Of a stretch of DNA of 64,000 nt, positions 12,725 to 23,760 are shown in pieces. The position numbers were made by a program, and so were the translations under genes. The first letter of the stretch is position 1. Every line of letters starts with the position of its first letter. Source of the stretch: Candidatus Omnitrophota bacterium (lineage in GTDB: Bacteria; Omnitrophota; Omnitrophia; Omnitrophales; Aquincolibacteriaceae); assembly GCA_030698625.1 (NCBI GenBank), contig JAUYMS010000048.1, positions 90,404 through 154,403 on the forward strand. Reading direction: 5' to 3'. The notes under the pieces were generated by a model. It was not told the origin of the DNA and did no database searches. It saw only the letters and a list, made by a program, of their open reading frames with translations.

Positions 12725-13192
12725 ATGAGACGCAGACGAGCAGCTCGAAGAAAAGTGATTCCGGATCCCAGGTACGGAGATATTCTTGTCGCGCGGTTGA
12801 TTAATTTGGTGATGTACGGCGGGAAAAAGTCGTTGGCCGAGCGGATTGTCTACGGCGCTTTTGATGCGGTGAAGGAAAAAACGGGTAAAGAGCCGTTGGA
12901 AGTTTTCAAGCAAGCCTTAGATAATGTGCGCCCGCTTCTGGAAACCAAGTCGCGACGGGTTGGTGGTGCGACTTATCAGGTTCCTGTTAGTGTTCACCCG
13001 GAGCGCAGTCACACTTTGGCGATGCGCTGGCTCCGTACCTTTGCGCAGAACCGTAAGGGCAAGCCGATGCGGGACAAGTTGGCCGAAGAAATCATGGATA
13101 GCTATAACAAGACCGGGACGACGATGAAGAAAAAAGAAGATATTCACAAGATGGCGGAAGCCAACCGGGCGTTTGCTCATTATCGGTGGTAA
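12725..13192 (+). CDS. rpsG: 30S ribosomal protein S7
   Basis: Strong similarity. GGAGAG SD. Confidence 0.95.
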   Translation: MRRRRAARRKVIPDPRYGDILVARLINLVMYGGKKSLAERIVYGAFDAVKEKTGKEPLEVFKQALDNVRPLLETKSRRVGGATYQVPVSVHPERSHTLAMRWLRTFAQNRKGKPMRDKLAEEIMDSYNKTGTTMKKKEDIHKMAEANRAFAHYRW

Positions 13193-13204
13193 GGAAAGAA
13201 TTTC

Positions 13205-15289
13205 ATGGCTGAAGAAAAACGAGACATAAAATATCCACTCGATCGAATTCGGAACATTGGTATCGCTGCGCATATTGATGCGGGGAAGACGACCACAACC
13301 GAGCGCATTCTTTATTACACCGGCAAGACCTATAAGATTGGCGAGGTTCATGAGGGGACAGCCGTCATGGACTGGATGGAGCAGGAACAAGAGCGCGGCA
13401 TTACGATTACCTCCGCTGCGACGACGTGTTTTTGGGGGGATTGCCGTATCAACATTATCGATACTCCCGGCCACGTTGATTTTACAATTGAGGTAGAGCG
13501 GTCCCTGCGCGTCCTAGACGGATGCGTTGCCGTGTTTGGCGCTGTTGAAGGCGTGGAACCCCAGTCGGAGACGGTCTGGCGACAAGCGGATCGATACCAC
13601 GTGCCGCGTATTGCATTTATTAATAAGGCCGATCGGACGGGTGCAAAGTTTCAGGAGAATGTGCAGCAGATGAGAGATCAACTGGGCGCCAACCCGGTGC
13701 CTTTGCAATTGCCGTACGGTCTCGAGGAGAATTTTAAGGGTGTTATTGACCTTGTGGAAATGAAGGCGGTGGTTTTTAAAGATGAAAACCTGGGCGCCGA
13801 ATTTACCGTCGAGGAGATTCCGGCCGATCTTCAAGAATCAGCCAAGAAGGCTCGCGAAGAGATGGTCGAGAAAGTGGCAGAGCATGATGATGCGTTGATG
13901 ACGAAATTCATAGAAGGGCAAATGCCGGGCATTGATGAATTGAAAGCGGGCATTCGGAAAGCTACGATTGCCTTAAAAATCACACCCGTGATAGTCGGCT
14001 CCGCTCTCAAAAATAAGGGCGTGCAGCAACTCCTCGACGCAGTGGTGGCCTATTTACCTTCACCGATGGATGTTCCTCCCATTAAGGGAATTAACCCTAA
14101 CGATGATTCAGAGAGTGAACGCAGAGCCGACGACAACGGGCCGCTCACCTGTTTCGCCTTTAAGATTGCAAGCGATAAGTTTGTGGGGAACCTTTGTTAT
14201 ATTCGAATCTATTCGGGTGTGCTGGCGGCAAGTTCCTACGTTTATAATCCCCGCTCCGGAAAAAAGGAACGCATTGGGCGATTACTGCTTATGCATTCGA
14301 ATAAACGCGAGGAATTGGAATCGGCCGGTGCCGGTAATATCGTTGCCGCCGTCGGTTTGAAGGACATTAAAACCGGAGACACGCTGTGCGATGATAAGGA
14401 CCCGATTGTGCTTGAAAATCTTTTTGTGCCGGAGCCGGTAATTTGGATGGCTATTGAACCGAAGACTAAGCCGGACCGCGACAGGATGTCTGATGCGATA
14501 CAGCGTCTCGTCAGTGAGGATCCAACGTTTCGCGTCAGGACCGACGCGGAGACGACGCAGACTCTTATTGGCGGAATGGGCGAACTCCATCTGGATATTA
14601 AAGTGGATATTATGAAGCGTGAATATAATGTTCAAATTAATATGGGTAAACCGCAGGTGGCGTACAGAGAGAGCATCAGCACTGTGGCGCAGGCTGAAGG
14701 CAAATTCATTAAACAGACCGGCGGCCGCGGACAATACGGCCATTGCTATCTTAAAATTGAGCCTTTGGAACGCGGTAAGGGGTTTGAATTCGAAAACAAG
14801 GTTGTCGGAGGTGCCATTCCTCGCGAATACATTCCGGCTGTAGGTGCGGGTGTCGAAGAGGCGTGCAACAATGGAATTCTTGCTGGTTACCCGATCACCG
14901 ACCTTAAGGCCACGGTCTTTGATGGCAGTTATCACGACGTTGACTCTTCCGAAATCGCCTTTAAGATGGCCGGCATCATGGCTTTTAAGGAGGCCTTTAG
15001 CAGAGCGAAGCCGGTGCTGCTTGAGCCTATTATGTTGGTTGAGGTGGTGGTGCCTGAGGAATACATAGGCGATATTATCGGTGACCTCAACTCGCGTCGT
15101 TGTGTTATTCAGGAGATGGGCAATCGTGGGCACCTCCGTGTGGTTAAGGGGCTGGTTCCCTTGTCGGAAATGTTTGGTTACGCAACGGCGATTCGTTCGC
15201 TGTCACAAGGACGAGCTACCTATAGCATGGAGCCTAACAGCTATCAGGAAGTTCCTAAAGCGCTCGCCGAAAAAATTATGGCAGGCTAA
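13205..15289 (+). CDS. fusA: Elongation factor G
   Basis: 694 aa with full-length similarity to EF-G. Confidence 0.97.
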   Translation: MAEEKRDIKYPLDRIRNIGIAAHIDAGKTTTTERILYYTGKTYKIGEVHEGTAVMDWMEQEQERGITITSAATTCFWGDCRINIIDTPGHVDFTIEVERSLRVLDGCVAVFGAVEGVEPQSETVWRQADRYHVPRIAFINKADRTGAKFQENVQQMRDQLGANPVPLQLPYGLEENFKGVIDLVEMKAVVFKDENLGAEFTVEEIPADLQESAKKAREEMVEKVAEHDDALMTKFIEGQMPGIDELKAGIRKATIALKITPVIVGSALKNKGVQQLLDAVVAYLPSPMDVPPIKGINPNDDSESERRADDNGPLTCFAFKIASDKFVGNLCYIRIYSGVLAASSYVYNPRSGKKERIGRLLLMHSNKREELESAGAGNIVAAVGLKDIKTGDTLCDDKDPIVLENLFVPEPVIWMAIEPKTKPDRDRMSDAIQRLVSEDPTFRVRTDAETTQTLIGGMGELHLDIKVDIMKREYNVQINMGKPQVAYRESISTVAQAEGKFIKQTGGRGQYGHCYLKIEPLERGKGFEFENKVVGGAIPREYIPAVGAGVEEACNNGILAGYPITDLKATVFDGSYHDVDSSEIAFKMAGIMAFKEAFSRAKPVLLEPIMLVEVVVPEEYIGDIIGDLNSRRCVIQEMGNRGHLRVVKGLVPLSEMFGYATAIRSLSQGRATYSMEPNSYQEVPKALAEKIMAG

Positions 15290-15306
15290 TCAGCCGAGGA
15301 TGAGAA

Positions 15307-15621
15307 ATGGTAACAACTAGAGAAAAAATTCGAATCAAGCTAAGAGCCTATGATCACCGGATATTAGACCAGTCGGTCGTTGAGATTGTTGAAACGGCCA
15401 AGCGCACCGGAGCGAGAGTTGTCGGACCGATTCCGCTTCCGACCCATATTTGGAAAACGACGGTCTTGAAAGGCCCAACGATCGATAAGAAGGCTCGCAA
15501 TCAGTTTGAAGTCCGTACGCATAAGCGCGTGCTTGATATTGAAGAACCTACGGCAAGGACAGTCGACGCATTGATGAAGCTTGATCTTCCTGCCGGCGTG
15601 GATGTGGAAATAAAACTATGA
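15307..15621 (+). CDS. rpsJ: 30S ribosomal protein S10
   Basis: Similarity. It is the first gene of the S10 operon and sits directly after fusA. Confidence 0.95.
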   Translation: MVTTREKIRIKLRAYDHRILDQSVVEIVETAKRTGARVVGPIPLPTHIWKTTVLKGPTIDKKARNQFEVRTHKRVLDIEEPTARTVDALMKLDLPAGVDVEIKL

Positions 15622-16478
15622 CGATTGGGTTGCTGGGAAAAAAAGTAGGCATGACGCAGAAGTTTGATAGCGAGGGGCGCCAAATCGGGTTAACCCTGGT
15701 GGAAGCCGGTCCCTGCAGCGTCGTCGGATTACGAACCATCGAAAAAGACGGTTACGTTGCGGTTCAACTGGGTTTTCGCAAAGCCAAGGAGAAACGGCTC
15801 AGAAAATCCGAGGTTGGACTGTTCAAGAAAGCCAAGGTAGCGCCTACAAAATATGTTCGTGAAATTCGCACTGAAGAGGTTGAAGGTCTCCGCGTGGGCA
15901 CCCAGGTGGCTGTTGATAACTTTGAGATCGGCGATTTTGTTGATGTTGAAGGCATCTCAATCGGTAAGGGCTTCCAGGGAGTGGTGAAAAGGCATAAGTT
16001 CAAGGCGGGTGAAAAGGCCCATGGGTCAAAATTCGGCAGAGAAGCCGGCTCGACCGGTGCGTCCGCATTTCCCTCTCGTGTTGTGAAAGGGAAAAAAAAT
16101 GCCGGCCATATGGGCAATGAACGCATCACGACTCAGAACCTAAAGGTTATAGAGGTGGATAAGGAAAATAATCTTTTGGCGCTAAAAGGTGCGGTTCCTG
16201 GGACGGAAGCGGAGGACCAGTACCTCATCATTCGCATAGCCAGGAAGCGCGGCACCGCCCGCAAATGGAAGGTCGTGGAGTCGGAGACAAAGCCGGAAAA
16301 AGTTAGGGACAAAGAGGCCAAGGAAGAACAGGCAGCGAACGCCCCCGCAGAGACAGCCAAGGCAGAAAAGGGTGCTCCTCAGGAAGCCAAGAAGCAAGAA
16401 GATCCTGCCAAAGATAAGGTCAAGGCAGTTCCGGCGAAAGAGGCAAAGCCGGAAGACGATTCAAAAGAGAAATCCTAG
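15618..16478 (+). CDS. rplC: 50S ribosomal protein L3 with a ~75-aa K/E/A-rich C-terminal extension
   Basis: L3 core plus a low-complexity tail, [55 protein letters not shown]. Confidence 0.9.
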   Translation: MTIGLLGKKVGMTQKFDSEGRQIGLTLVEAGPCSVVGLRTIEKDGYVAVQLGFRKAKEKRLRKSEVGLFKKAKVAPTKYVREIRTEEVEGLRVGTQVAVDNFEIGDFVDVEGISIGKGFQGVVKRHKFKAGEKAHGSKFGREAGSTGASAFPSRVVKGKKNAGHMGNERITTQNLKVIEVDKENNLLALKGAVPGTEAEDQYLIIRIARKRGTARKWKVVESETKPEKVRDKEAKEEQAANAPAETAKAEKGAPQEAKKQEDPAKDKVKAVPAKEAKPEDDSKEKS

Positions 16479-16510
16479 ATTACGTGAGATAAAGGACAAA
16501 GGTTAATACC

Positions 16511-17182
16511 ATGAAGGTGCCTGTTTACTCTAAAGCGGGAAAGAAGAAAAAGGAAATGGTGCTCAACCCGGACGTTTTTGGCGCTCGGGTCAACGAGAGG
16601 CTTTTGCAATTGGTCTATCGCGGGTATCGGCGCAACCTTCGCCACGGTACAGCGGATACGAAGGTTCGCAAGGAGGTTCGAGGCGGTGGACGTAAGCCCT
16701 GGAAGCAGAAGGGTACTGGACGCGCACGTGCTTCGTCAACCAGATCGCCGATTTGGCGGGGTGGTGGTACAGTTTTTGGACCGCATCCGCGAGACTATAG
16801 CGTGGATATGCCCCGTTCCATGAGGAGGACCGCGTTAATTTCTGCGGTTAGCAAAAAGGCTCGGCAGAAGAATCTAGTGATCGTTGAAGACTTGAATCTG
16901 GAATCGGCTAAAACTAAGGAATTTGTTGAAATCATTAAATCCATACCGCTCCAGAGTAAGCGTACCCTCTGCGTCGTGAAAGAGATCACGCCAAATCTGA
17001 AGCGAGCAAGCAAAAATGTTTCATGGATGGCGGAGATTTGTGCAGCGCAGGATGTCAACGCGTACAAAGTACTGCACCGCGCTATGCTTTTGATCGAGAT
17101 GGATGCGATTGCTATTGTGGAAGAGCGAGCGGCAAAAAAGTCTCGAAAAAAGGAACTTTCTTCCGTCGAAGGGGATAAATAA
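16511..17182 (+). CDS. rplD: 50S ribosomal protein L4
   Basis: Similarity and operon position. Confidence 0.9.
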   Translation: MKVPVYSKAGKKKKEMVLNPDVFGARVNERLLQLVYRGYRRNLRHGTADTKVRKEVRGGGRKPWKQKGTGRARASSTRSPIWRGGGTVFGPHPRDYSVDMPRSMRRTALISAVSKKARQKNLVIVEDLNLESAKTKEFVEIIKSIPLQSKRTLCVVKEITPNLKRASKNVSWMAEICAAQDVNAYKVLHRAMLLIEMDAIAIVEERAAKKSRKKELSSVEGDK

Positions 17183-17187
17183 TTGCT

Positions 17188-17475
17188 ATGAAACGGCATC
17201 TGTACGATATACTGCGCGACCCCGTTATTACGGAAAAGATTGCTGCCGCCACTGAGAAGAATGGCAAATACGCTTTCCGTGTGCACTCGAAGGCGACAAA
17301 GCGTGACGTCAAGGCTGCGGTTGAGAAGATTTTTAGTGTTCATGTGACCCGGGTGAATACGATGGTTCAACCCGGGAAATGGCGGCGTGTTCGGTTTCAG
17401 CCGGGGAAAACGCCGGAATGGAAAAAAGCGATCGTGACTTTAAAAAAGGGCGAGAAGATCGACATCACCGCATAG
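17188..17475 (+). CDS. rplW: 50S ribosomal protein L23
   Basis: Similarity and operon position. Confidence 0.9.
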   Translation: MKRHLYDILRDPVITEKIAAATEKNGKYAFRVHSKATKRDVKAAVEKIFSVHVTRVNTMVQPGKWRRVRFQPGKTPEWKKAIVTLKKGEKIDITA

Positions 17476-17489
17476 GTTGAGAGAAAACA

Positions 17490-18320
17490 ATGCCATTAAT
17501 CAAATTCAAACCTACAAGTCCGGCGAGACGATTCGGCAATGTTTCTGACTTTGCTGAAATCACGGAAAAGCGTCCTTATAAACCGCTTACAAGAATACGC
17601 AAGCGTACGGGGGGACGTAATTCTCATGGGCACATAACCTCGCGACACCGAGGTGGCGGCCACAAGAAGAGAATTCGCATTCTTGATTTTAAACGGGAGC
17701 GCTTAGGGCTGCCGGCAACGGTTTTGACGATCGAGTATGACCCGAATCGTACGGCGCGCATTTCCTTGGTGCAGTACCCGGACGGTGAGAAAAGGTACAT
17801 CCTCGCGCCCAATGGATTGCGCGTGGGGCAGACGGTCGTCAGCGGACCCGACTCAGAGGTCGCGATGGGAAATCATCTTCCCTTACGAAAGATTCCGGAA
17901 GGTACTGCGATTCACAATATTGAGATGATGCCGGGGTTGGGCGCTAAGATGGTCCGCGCTGCTGGCGGCGCTGCTCAGATACTTTCGAAAGAAGATAAAT
18001 TTGCGCACATCAAACTTCCTTCAGGGGAAGTTCGTATGATTGTACTCGACGCATATGCAACCGTCGGGCAGTGTTCTAACATTGATAATGAAAATATTAT
18101 TCTTGGTAAAGCCGGCCGCCATCGCTGGAAAGGGGTTCGCCCGATGAGTCGCGGTGTTTGTCGCAATCCGGTGGATCACCCGATGGGCGGCGGCGAAGGT
18201 AAGTCGAAGAGCGGTAAGCATCCTCAGAGTCCCTGGGGGCAGTTGTCCAAAGGATTCAAAACCAGAAAAAAGAGCAAAATGTCAAAGCGCTATATCGTCA
18301 AAGACCGAAGGAAAAAGTAA
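17490..18320 (+). CDS. rplB: 50S ribosomal protein L2
   Basis: Strong similarity. Confidence 0.95.
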   Translation: MPLIKFKPTSPARRFGNVSDFAEITEKRPYKPLTRIRKRTGGRNSHGHITSRHRGGGHKKRIRILDFKRERLGLPATVLTIEYDPNRTARISLVQYPDGEKRYILAPNGLRVGQTVVSGPDSEVAMGNHLPLRKIPEGTAIHNIEMMPGLGAKMVRAAGGAAQILSKEDKFAHIKLPSGEVRMIVLDAYATVGQCSNIDNENIILGKAGRHRWKGVRPMSRGVCRNPVDHPMGGGEGKSKSGKHPQSPWGQLSKGFKTRKKSKMSKRYIVKDRRKK

Positions 18321-18322
18321 CT

Positions 18323-18622
18323 ATGAGTCGTTCCGCGAAAAAAGGTGTTTACGTAGATGAGAAATTGCTAAAGAAGGTGAAGGCGGCGGCGCAGCGCCGT
18401 GACCGCCGTCCGATCAAGACTTGGTCGCGTCGTTCAACGATCACCCCGGATTTTGTGGGCGTGACGCTGGCCGTGCATAACGGAAAAGTGTTCAATAATG
18501 TTTTCGTGACGGAAAACATGGTGGGGCATCGCGTCGGTGAATTTTCTCCGACGAGACTCTTTAGGCAGCACAGAACGTCCCAGGATAAAGCCAAGGCAAT
18601 AGCAGTTGGCGCGAAAACCTAA
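18323..18622 (+). CDS. rpsS: 30S ribosomal protein S19
   Basis: Strong similarity. Confidence 0.95.
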   Translation: MSRSAKKGVYVDEKLLKKVKAAAQRRDRRPIKTWSRRSTITPDFVGVTLAVHNGKVFNNVFVTENMVGHRVGEFSPTRLFRQHRTSQDKAKAIAVGAKT

Positions 18623-18638
18623 TTAGGATATTGGCGAA

Positions 18639-19157
18639 ATGGCAAAAGTAAAGGAAAAAACTGACTCACCAGTTGGCAGCGAGCCTCGACACGCAAAATC
18701 GGTTGCGCGATATCTGCGGGTTTCTCCAAGGAAAGTTCGGGTCGTTATCAATACGGTGCGGTATAGTCCGGTTCACCGAGCTTTTGGCATTCTTTTGTCC
18801 ATACGGAAAAAGGGCGCCCGGTTTACTGAAAAGGTGCTGAAGAGTGCGGTGGCCAACGCGAAGGTTATGGGGTTGGCGGAGAATCGTCTTTACATTTCGG
18901 ATATAAGAGCGGATGGGGGGCCAATGTTGAAGCGGTTTAGGCCGCGTTCCATGGGGCGTGCAGATAGAATTTTGAAGCGAACAACTCACCTGTCGCTCAT
19001 CCTCACAGAGGGTGCGCGGGTATTTCGTGGCGGGCCTGCCCCGGAGCAAGAATCGGAGGAGCAGGGAGAAAGCAAGCAGGACAAGAAGTCTAAGGCTGCG
19101 GTCAAGAAGGTCCGCAACCCCGCAAAAAAGAAGGCGGCCAAAGCCGCTGCTAAATAA
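18639..19157 (+). CDS. rplV: 50S ribosomal protein L22 with a K/A-rich C-terminal extension
   Basis: L22 core of about 115 aa plus a roughly 55-aa tail ending AKKKAAKAAAK. Confidence 0.9.
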   Translation: MAKVKEKTDSPVGSEPRHAKSVARYLRVSPRKVRVVINTVRYSPVHRAFGILLSIRKKGARFTEKVLKSAVANAKVMGLAENRLYISDIRADGGPMLKRFRPRSMGRADRILKRTTHLSLILTEGARVFRGGPAPEQESEEQGESKQDKKSKAAVKKVRNPAKKKAAKAAAK

Positions 19158-19179
19158 GGAAAGAGACTGGGAGGAATTC

Positions 19180-20103
19180 TTGGGACAGAAGACACACCCG
19201 TATGGGTTAAGACTAGGATACATAAAGCCGTGGAAGGCGAAGTGGTTCGCCCGGAAGAATTTGAGCGGTATCCTTCACGAGGATCTTCGGATTCGCGACT
19301 TTGTTAAAAAGACATTATACACTTCCGGGATAGCGAACATTGAAATCGAGCGTTCTAGTGGCCGCTTGCGTGTGCGGATTTTCACAGCTCGCCCCGGGGT
19401 CATTATCGGGCGTCGCGGGCAGGAAATTGACAAGGTCAAAGATCAGTTGACGGCCCTAACGGGTGGTGAGCTCTTCCTTGATATCAAAGAGGTTAAATCG
19501 CCTCAGACGGACGCCCAATTAGTTGCTGAAAATATTGCTATGCAACTTGAGCGCAGGGTCAACTTCCGCCGCGCGATGAAAAAGGCTATGCAGGTAGCGA
19601 CGCAGAAGGGCGCGCTAGGCATTAAGGTTCAATGCAAGGGGCGTCTGGGTGGTTCAGAAATTGCTCGTGAGGAAAAATATCACCAGGGGAAACTTCCTCT
19701 CAGCACTTTTCGGGCTGATATTGATTATGGTTTTGCCGAGAGTTTGACGACCTACGGCAAAATTGGCTGCAAAGTTTGGATCTATAAAGGGGATATCTTA
19801 GTCAAGAAGGAAGCGGCTGAGGAGCGCGAGGAGCGTGAGAAGCGGCGTACTGTCGCGGAGGCAAGGCAACTCCAGAAGGAAGCCTCGGCAGAAAATGTCG
19901 AAGGTGAGCTAAAGGCCGCAAAGCCTAAGAAGCAGGTTTCTAAGGTGAAGACGGAAACTGTGGTTGAGACAGCCGGCGAGGGCCCGGTTGATGAGGCTAC
20001 AACAGCTCCTCTAGCGACGCCGGCCCGTGAGGTAGCGCCGCCGGCTGAGAGCGCGCCTCCGCCGATTGATCCAAAGTCGGACACTGATGGTAAGGGATTA
20101 TAA
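19180..20103 (+). CDS. rpsC: 30S ribosomal protein S3 with a ~90-aa acidic/Pro-Ala-rich C-terminal extension
   Basis: TTG start giving LGQKTHPYGLRLGY, with GGGAGGA 5 nt upstream. The track ORF from 19012 is a read-through artefact that overlaps rplV. The KH domain and the S3 C-domain are conserved. Confidence 0.88.
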   Translation: MGQKTHPYGLRLGYIKPWKAKWFARKNLSGILHEDLRIRDFVKKTLYTSGIANIEIERSSGRLRVRIFTARPGVIIGRRGQEIDKVKDQLTALTGGELFLDIKEVKSPQTDAQLVAENIAMQLERRVNFRRAMKKAMQVATQKGALGIKVQCKGRLGGSEIAREEKYHQGKLPLSTFRADIDYGFAESLTTYGKIGCKVWIYKGDILVKKEAAEEREEREKRRTVAEARQLQKEASAENVEGELKAAKPKKQVSKVKTETVVETAGEGPVDEATTAPLATPAREVAPPAESAPPPIDPKSDTDGKGL

Positions 20104-20106
20104 GTT

Positions 20107-20523
20107 ATGCCGTTGATGCCAAAAAGAGTCAAATTTCGAAAGCAGCAACGGGGTTCGTTGGGCGGAATTGCGGTGCGCGGCAGTTACTTGGCATTTGGGG
20201 ATTATGGCTTGAAGGCAATAGACCGCGGGTGGCTGACGGCAATTCAGATTGAAGCGGCCCGCGTTGCTCTTACGCGGCACGTCAAACGCGGCGGGAAAAT
20301 CTGGCTACGCGTTTTCCCCGATAAGTCATACACAAAAAAACCTGCAGAAACCCGAATGGGTAAGGGGAAGGGCGCGCCGGAGTATTACGTGGCGGTTATC
20401 AAGCCCGGCAGGATCATCTTCGAAATGGGTGGTGTTCCTGAAGAACTGGCCAAGTCTGCAATGAGGCTATGCGCTCATAAAATTCCCATTCGAACAAAAT
20501 TTGTAAAGCGAACGATAGGATAA
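20107..20523 (+). CDS. rplP: 50S ribosomal protein L16
   Basis: Strong similarity. Confidence 0.95.
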   Translation: MPLMPKRVKFRKQQRGSLGGIAVRGSYLAFGDYGLKAIDRGWLTAIQIEAARVALTRHVKRGGKIWLRVFPDKSYTKKPAETRMGKGKGAPEYYVAVIKPGRIIFEMGGVPEELAKSAMRLCAHKIPIRTKFVKRTIG

Positions 20524-20525
20524 TC

Positions 20526-20732
20526 ATGGAAAAGGCGAAGGATTTACGCAACCTGAGTCCGGAAGAGCTGAAAGACAAAGTCGATCAGCTTAAGCTGGAT
20601 CTTATGCAGCATCGGTTCCAGGCCAAGACGGGAAAGCTGGAAAGGCTTCCTATTTTGGGAGACAAGAAGCGTGATATTGCGCGCGTTTTAACCATTATGA
20701 ACGAAAAAAACCGAGAGGCCCAAAGTGAGTAA
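20526..20732 (+). CDS. rpmC: 50S ribosomal protein L29
   Basis: Similarity and position. Confidence 0.85.
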   Translation: MEKAKDLRNLSPEELKDKVDQLKLDLMQHRFQAKTGKLERLPILGDKKRDIARVLTIMNEKNREAQSE

Positions 20733-20988
20733 CAACAATGTAAAGTCGTCGGGACCTTTGATGCTTGAAGGAACGGTCGTCAAAGATAAGATGAATAAGA
20801 CGATTGTGGTCGAGGTCACACGCCTCATGAGGCATGCCACGTACCAAAAAACTGTCCGCAGAAAAATCAAATATGCGGTGCATGATGAGACTAATCAGGC
20901 GAAGACGGGTAACAAGGTTCGTATCGCAGAGACGCGGCCGCTTTCGAAGACCAAGCGTTGGCGTCTTGTTGAGGTGATGGGAAAATGA
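20725..20988 (+). CDS. rpsQ: 30S ribosomal protein S17
   Basis: GTG start overlapping the rpmC stop. Similarity to S17. Confidence 0.9.
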   Translation: MSNNNVKSSGPLMLEGTVVKDKMNKTIVVEVTRLMRHATYQKTVRRKIKYAVHDETNQAKTGNKVRIAETRPLSKTKRWRLVEVMGK

Positions 20989-21353
20989 TTCAGATGCGAA
21001 GCGTGTTAGAGATTGCCGACAATAGCGGCGCGAAGAAAGCCGCCATGATCGGTGTTCGCGGCCGGCATGGAAAACGGTCCGCCGAGGTCGGTGATATCAT
21101 TACGGCATCGGTCAAGGAAGCGATTCCAAATGCGAACGTCAAAAAGGGCGAAGTGGTCAGGGCAGTGGTTGTGAGAACTCGTTCTCCGATTCGACGCACT
21201 GACGGCTCTAGCGTTAAATTTTCAAGCAACGCGGTGGTTCTTATAGATAATAACAATAACCCGCGTGGAACGCGTATATTTGGTCCTGTAGCCAGAGAAT
21301 TACGTGAGCGCAAGTTCGCTAAAATCATCTCCCTGGCACCTGAGGTGGTCTGA
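20985..21353 (+). CDS. rplN: 50S ribosomal protein L14
   Basis: Strong similarity. Confidence 0.95.
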   Translation: MIQMRSVLEIADNSGAKKAAMIGVRGRHGKRSAEVGDIITASVKEAIPNANVKKGEVVRAVVVRTRSPIRRTDGSSVKFSSNAVVLIDNNNNPRGTRIFGPVARELRERKFAKIISLAPEVV

Positions 21354-21355
21354 TT

Positions 21356-21664
21356 ATGAAAATCCACAGGAATGATCAAGTTGTGGTGACGACAGGCAAG
21401 GATCGCGGCAAGAAGGGGCGTGTCATGAGAATTCTACCTGACGCGAAGAGTGTTCTTGTCGAGAAGATCAATTATCGAACGGTCTATATGCGCCGCTCGC
21501 AGGCGAATCCGAAGGGGGGAATTTCCAAAATGGAGCATCCTCTGCGAGTTGCAAACGTTAAGCTTGTTTGCCCTCGTTGCAACAAGCCGGCTCGTGTTGG
21601 CTATAGCATTCTGGCGGATCGCACGAAGCAGCGCATATGCAAAAAATGCCACGAAATTCTGTGA
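21356..21664 (+). CDS. rplX: 50S ribosomal protein L24 with a C-terminal CxxC-x19-CxxC zinc-ribbon motif
   Basis: N-terminal KOW domain. The C-terminal segment VCPRCNKPARVGYSILADRTKQRICKKC flanks the conserved RVG hairpin. Confidence 0.9.
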   Translation: MKIHRNDQVVVTTGKDRGKKGRVMRILPDAKSVLVEKINYRTVYMRRSQANPKGGISKMEHPLRVANVKLVCPRCNKPARVGYSILADRTKQRICKKCHEIL

Positions 21665-21671
21665 GGAAAAT

Positions 21672-22244
21672 ATGAGTAATGCAGAAAAAGGAAAGCCGCG
21701 ATTGTACGATAAATACCGGACAGAGGTTCGTCCGAAACTTGTCGATGAATTTTCGCTCGGAAATGTGATGCGGGCCCCGCGGATGATAAAGATTGCGGTC
21801 AACATGGGAATCAAAGAGGGGCCTCAGGATGTCAAAATCCTCGAGCTGCTTGCGGCTGAACTCGCCAACATTACTGGGCAAAAGCCGGTTGTCACACGTG
21901 CGAAGAAGTCAATTGCCGCATTCAAATTAAGAGAAAATACCCCGGTGGGACTCAAGGTTACGCTTCGTGGCGATCGGATGTATGAGTTTATGGACCGTCT
22001 CTTCAATGTCGCGATGCCGCGCATTCGCGACTTTCGGGGTTTTTCACCCAAGGCATTCGATACGCAGGGGAATTACTCCCTGGGGTTGCAGGAGCAGATG
22101 ATTTTTCCCGAAATTCGATTTGACAAAGTGAAAAAGATTCAAGGGATGGATATTACTTTCGTGACGACTACCGACTCTAAAGAGGAAAGCAAAAGACTGC
22201 TCGAACTGTTGGGCTTTCCGTTCAAGAGGATCGAAGGAAAATAG
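21672..22244 (+). CDS. rplE: 50S ribosomal protein L5
   Basis: ATG giving MSNAEKGKPRLYDKY with GAGGAAAA upstream. The track ORF from 21450 is an upstream-extended artefact. Confidence 0.9.
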   Translation: MSNAEKGKPRLYDKYRTEVRPKLVDEFSLGNVMRAPRMIKIAVNMGIKEGPQDVKILELLAAELANITGQKPVVTRAKKSIAAFKLRENTPVGLKVTLRGDRMYEFMDRLFNVAMPRIRDFRGFSPKAFDTQGNYSLGLQEQMIFPEIRFDKVKKIQGMDITFVTTTDSKEESKRLLELLGFPFKRIEGK

Positions 22245-22247
22245 AAT

Positions 22248-22433
22248 ATGGCAAAAAAAAGTCTCGTAGCAAAACAAAAACGAGAGCCTAAGTTTAAGGT
22301 GCAAAAATATCACCGTTGTCTGCGGTGCGGAAGACCGAGGGGTTATCTTCGCAGGTATGCTCTCTGTCGCATCTGCTTTCGCGAACTAGCGGTTCAAGGG
22401 ATTATTCCAGGCGTCGTAAAATCGAGCTGGTAA
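22248..22433 (+). CDS. rpsZ: 30S ribosomal protein S14, type Z (zinc-binding)
   Basis: 61-aa short form with CxxC...CxxC (CLRCGRP...CRIC). Confidence 0.9.
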   Translation: MAKKSLVAKQKREPKFKVQKYHRCLRCGRPRGYLRRYALCRICFRELAVQGIIPGVVKSSW

Positions 22434-22445
22434 GGAGGAATAGAG

Positions 22446-22844
22446 ATGTCGTGTTCTGACTTTGTTGGTGATTTCTTAACGTCAATTCGCAACTCGTCAC
22501 GCGCGGGTAAAGATAAAGTAACGCTAAAGGCCTCTAAGGTGACGATTCGTTTGGCCGAGGTTCTTAAGGAAGAGGGCTTTATTCAGCAGGCTAAGGAGTT
22601 CAAAGACGGTGAAAAACGCTTTGTGCGCCTTCATCTGAAGTATGTTCATGGTAAGCGGCCGGCCATTCAGGGTTTGAAGCGGATATCTAGACCCGGTCTT
22701 CGTAATTATGTTAATTCGGATCATATTCCGCGTGTCCAGGGAGGCCTGGGCATAGCCATTATTTCGACGTCCAAGGGAGTCATGACGGACCGGAAAGCTC
22801 GCGCCGAGAAAATCGGCGGCGAAGTTATTTGCTCGGTCTGGTAA
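22446..22844 (+). CDS. rpsH: 30S ribosomal protein S8
   Basis: Strong similarity. Confidence 0.95.
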   Translation: MSCSDFVGDFLTSIRNSSRAGKDKVTLKASKVTIRLAEVLKEEGFIQQAKEFKDGEKRFVRLHLKYVHGKRPAIQGLKRISRPGLRNYVNSDHIPRVQGGLGIAIISTSKGVMTDRKARAEKIGGEVICSVW

Positions 22845-22854
22845 AGGAGCTATT

Positions 22855-23391
22855 ATGTCGCGCATTGGTAATAAACTCATTAAAATTCCCGATTCCGTAA
22901 AGGTAGAGGTGAAGGGCCAGAATGTCAAAGTTCAGGGGGCCAGGGGGAAGTTGGAGCTCGATGTGCATCCACGCATAAACGTTGCTGTAAAGGATAAGGA
23001 AGTTGCCGTTAAGCGCCCGACGGATCAACGCACGGATCGCGCCCTTCACGGATTGACTCGCAGCCTTATTCAGAACATGATAACTGGCTCCTCTGAAGGG
23101 TACGTCAAGGAGCTTGAAATTGTCGGCGTTGGTTATAAGGCACAGGTCAAAGGGAGGGTGCTGAACTTATTGCTTGGGCATACGCACCCGATTGACTATG
23201 ACCTTCCGGAGGGCATTGAGGCGAAGTGTCCCAACCCGACGCGCGTCGTGATTTCCGGGTGCGATAAGCAGAAAGTAGGGCAAGTTGCGGCCGACATTCG
23301 GCTCTTCCGGAAGCCCGAGCCGTATAAGGGAAAAGGTATTCATTATGTAGGCGAAGTGATCCGCCGCAAACAAGGTAAGACGGTAGGTTAA
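22855..23391 (+). CDS. rplF: 50S ribosomal protein L6
   Basis: Strong similarity. Confidence 0.95.
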   Translation: MSRIGNKLIKIPDSVKVEVKGQNVKVQGARGKLELDVHPRINVAVKDKEVAVKRPTDQRTDRALHGLTRSLIQNMITGSSEGYVKELEIVGVGYKAQVKGRVLNLLLGHTHPIDYDLPEGIEAKCPNPTRVVISGCDKQKVGQVAADIRLFRKPEPYKGKGIHYVGEVIRRKQGKTVG

Positions 23392-23395
23392 TATT

Positions 23396-23758
23396 ATGAA
23401 ATTAAAAAAAGATGAACGCATAAAAAAGAGACATATCACGCTTCGCCGAAAGTTGGTGGGAAACTCCGAACGGCCGCGTCTGAGTGTGCACCGTTCTGCG
23501 AAAAACCTGTATGTCCAGGTGATCGATGATACTGCGCAGAAGACGTTGTTCGCATTTTCAACGCGCGATAAGGAATTTGCATCCGAGAAGATTAAGGGCG
23601 GAAACATTGCTGGCGCTTCTCGGTTGGCCAGTCTCTACGTGGCGAAGATGAAAGAAAAGGGTATCAAGAAAATTGCCTTCGATCGCGGGGGCTATCAGTA
23701 TCATGGACGCATTAAGGCGCTGGCGGAGGCCCTGCGTCAGGAAGGGATACAGTTTTAA
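23396..23758 (+). CDS. rplR: 50S ribosomal protein L18
   Basis: Similarity and position. Confidence 0.9.
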   Translation: MKLKKDERIKKRHITLRRKLVGNSERPRLSVHRSAKNLYVQVIDDTAQKTLFAFSTRDKEFASEKIKGGNIAGASRLASLYVAKMKEKGIKKIAFDRGGYQYHGRIKALAEALRQEGIQF

Positions 23759-23760
23759 TC

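Noticed and set aside
14282-15133. 283-aa minus-strand ORF inside fusA
   Set aside because: Antisense artefact. fusA on the plus strand is full-length and conserved.
19012-19179. Long N-terminal extension of rpsC overlapping rplV by 146 nt (as in the ORF track). Similar upstream extensions occur for rplE (21450), rpsD (28726), pdxA (35069), amt (42641), rpsF (54934), rpsR (55676) and dnaB (56533).
   Set aside because: These are open-frame read-throughs upstream of the true starts. Homology-defined N-termini with SD sequences were used for the calls.
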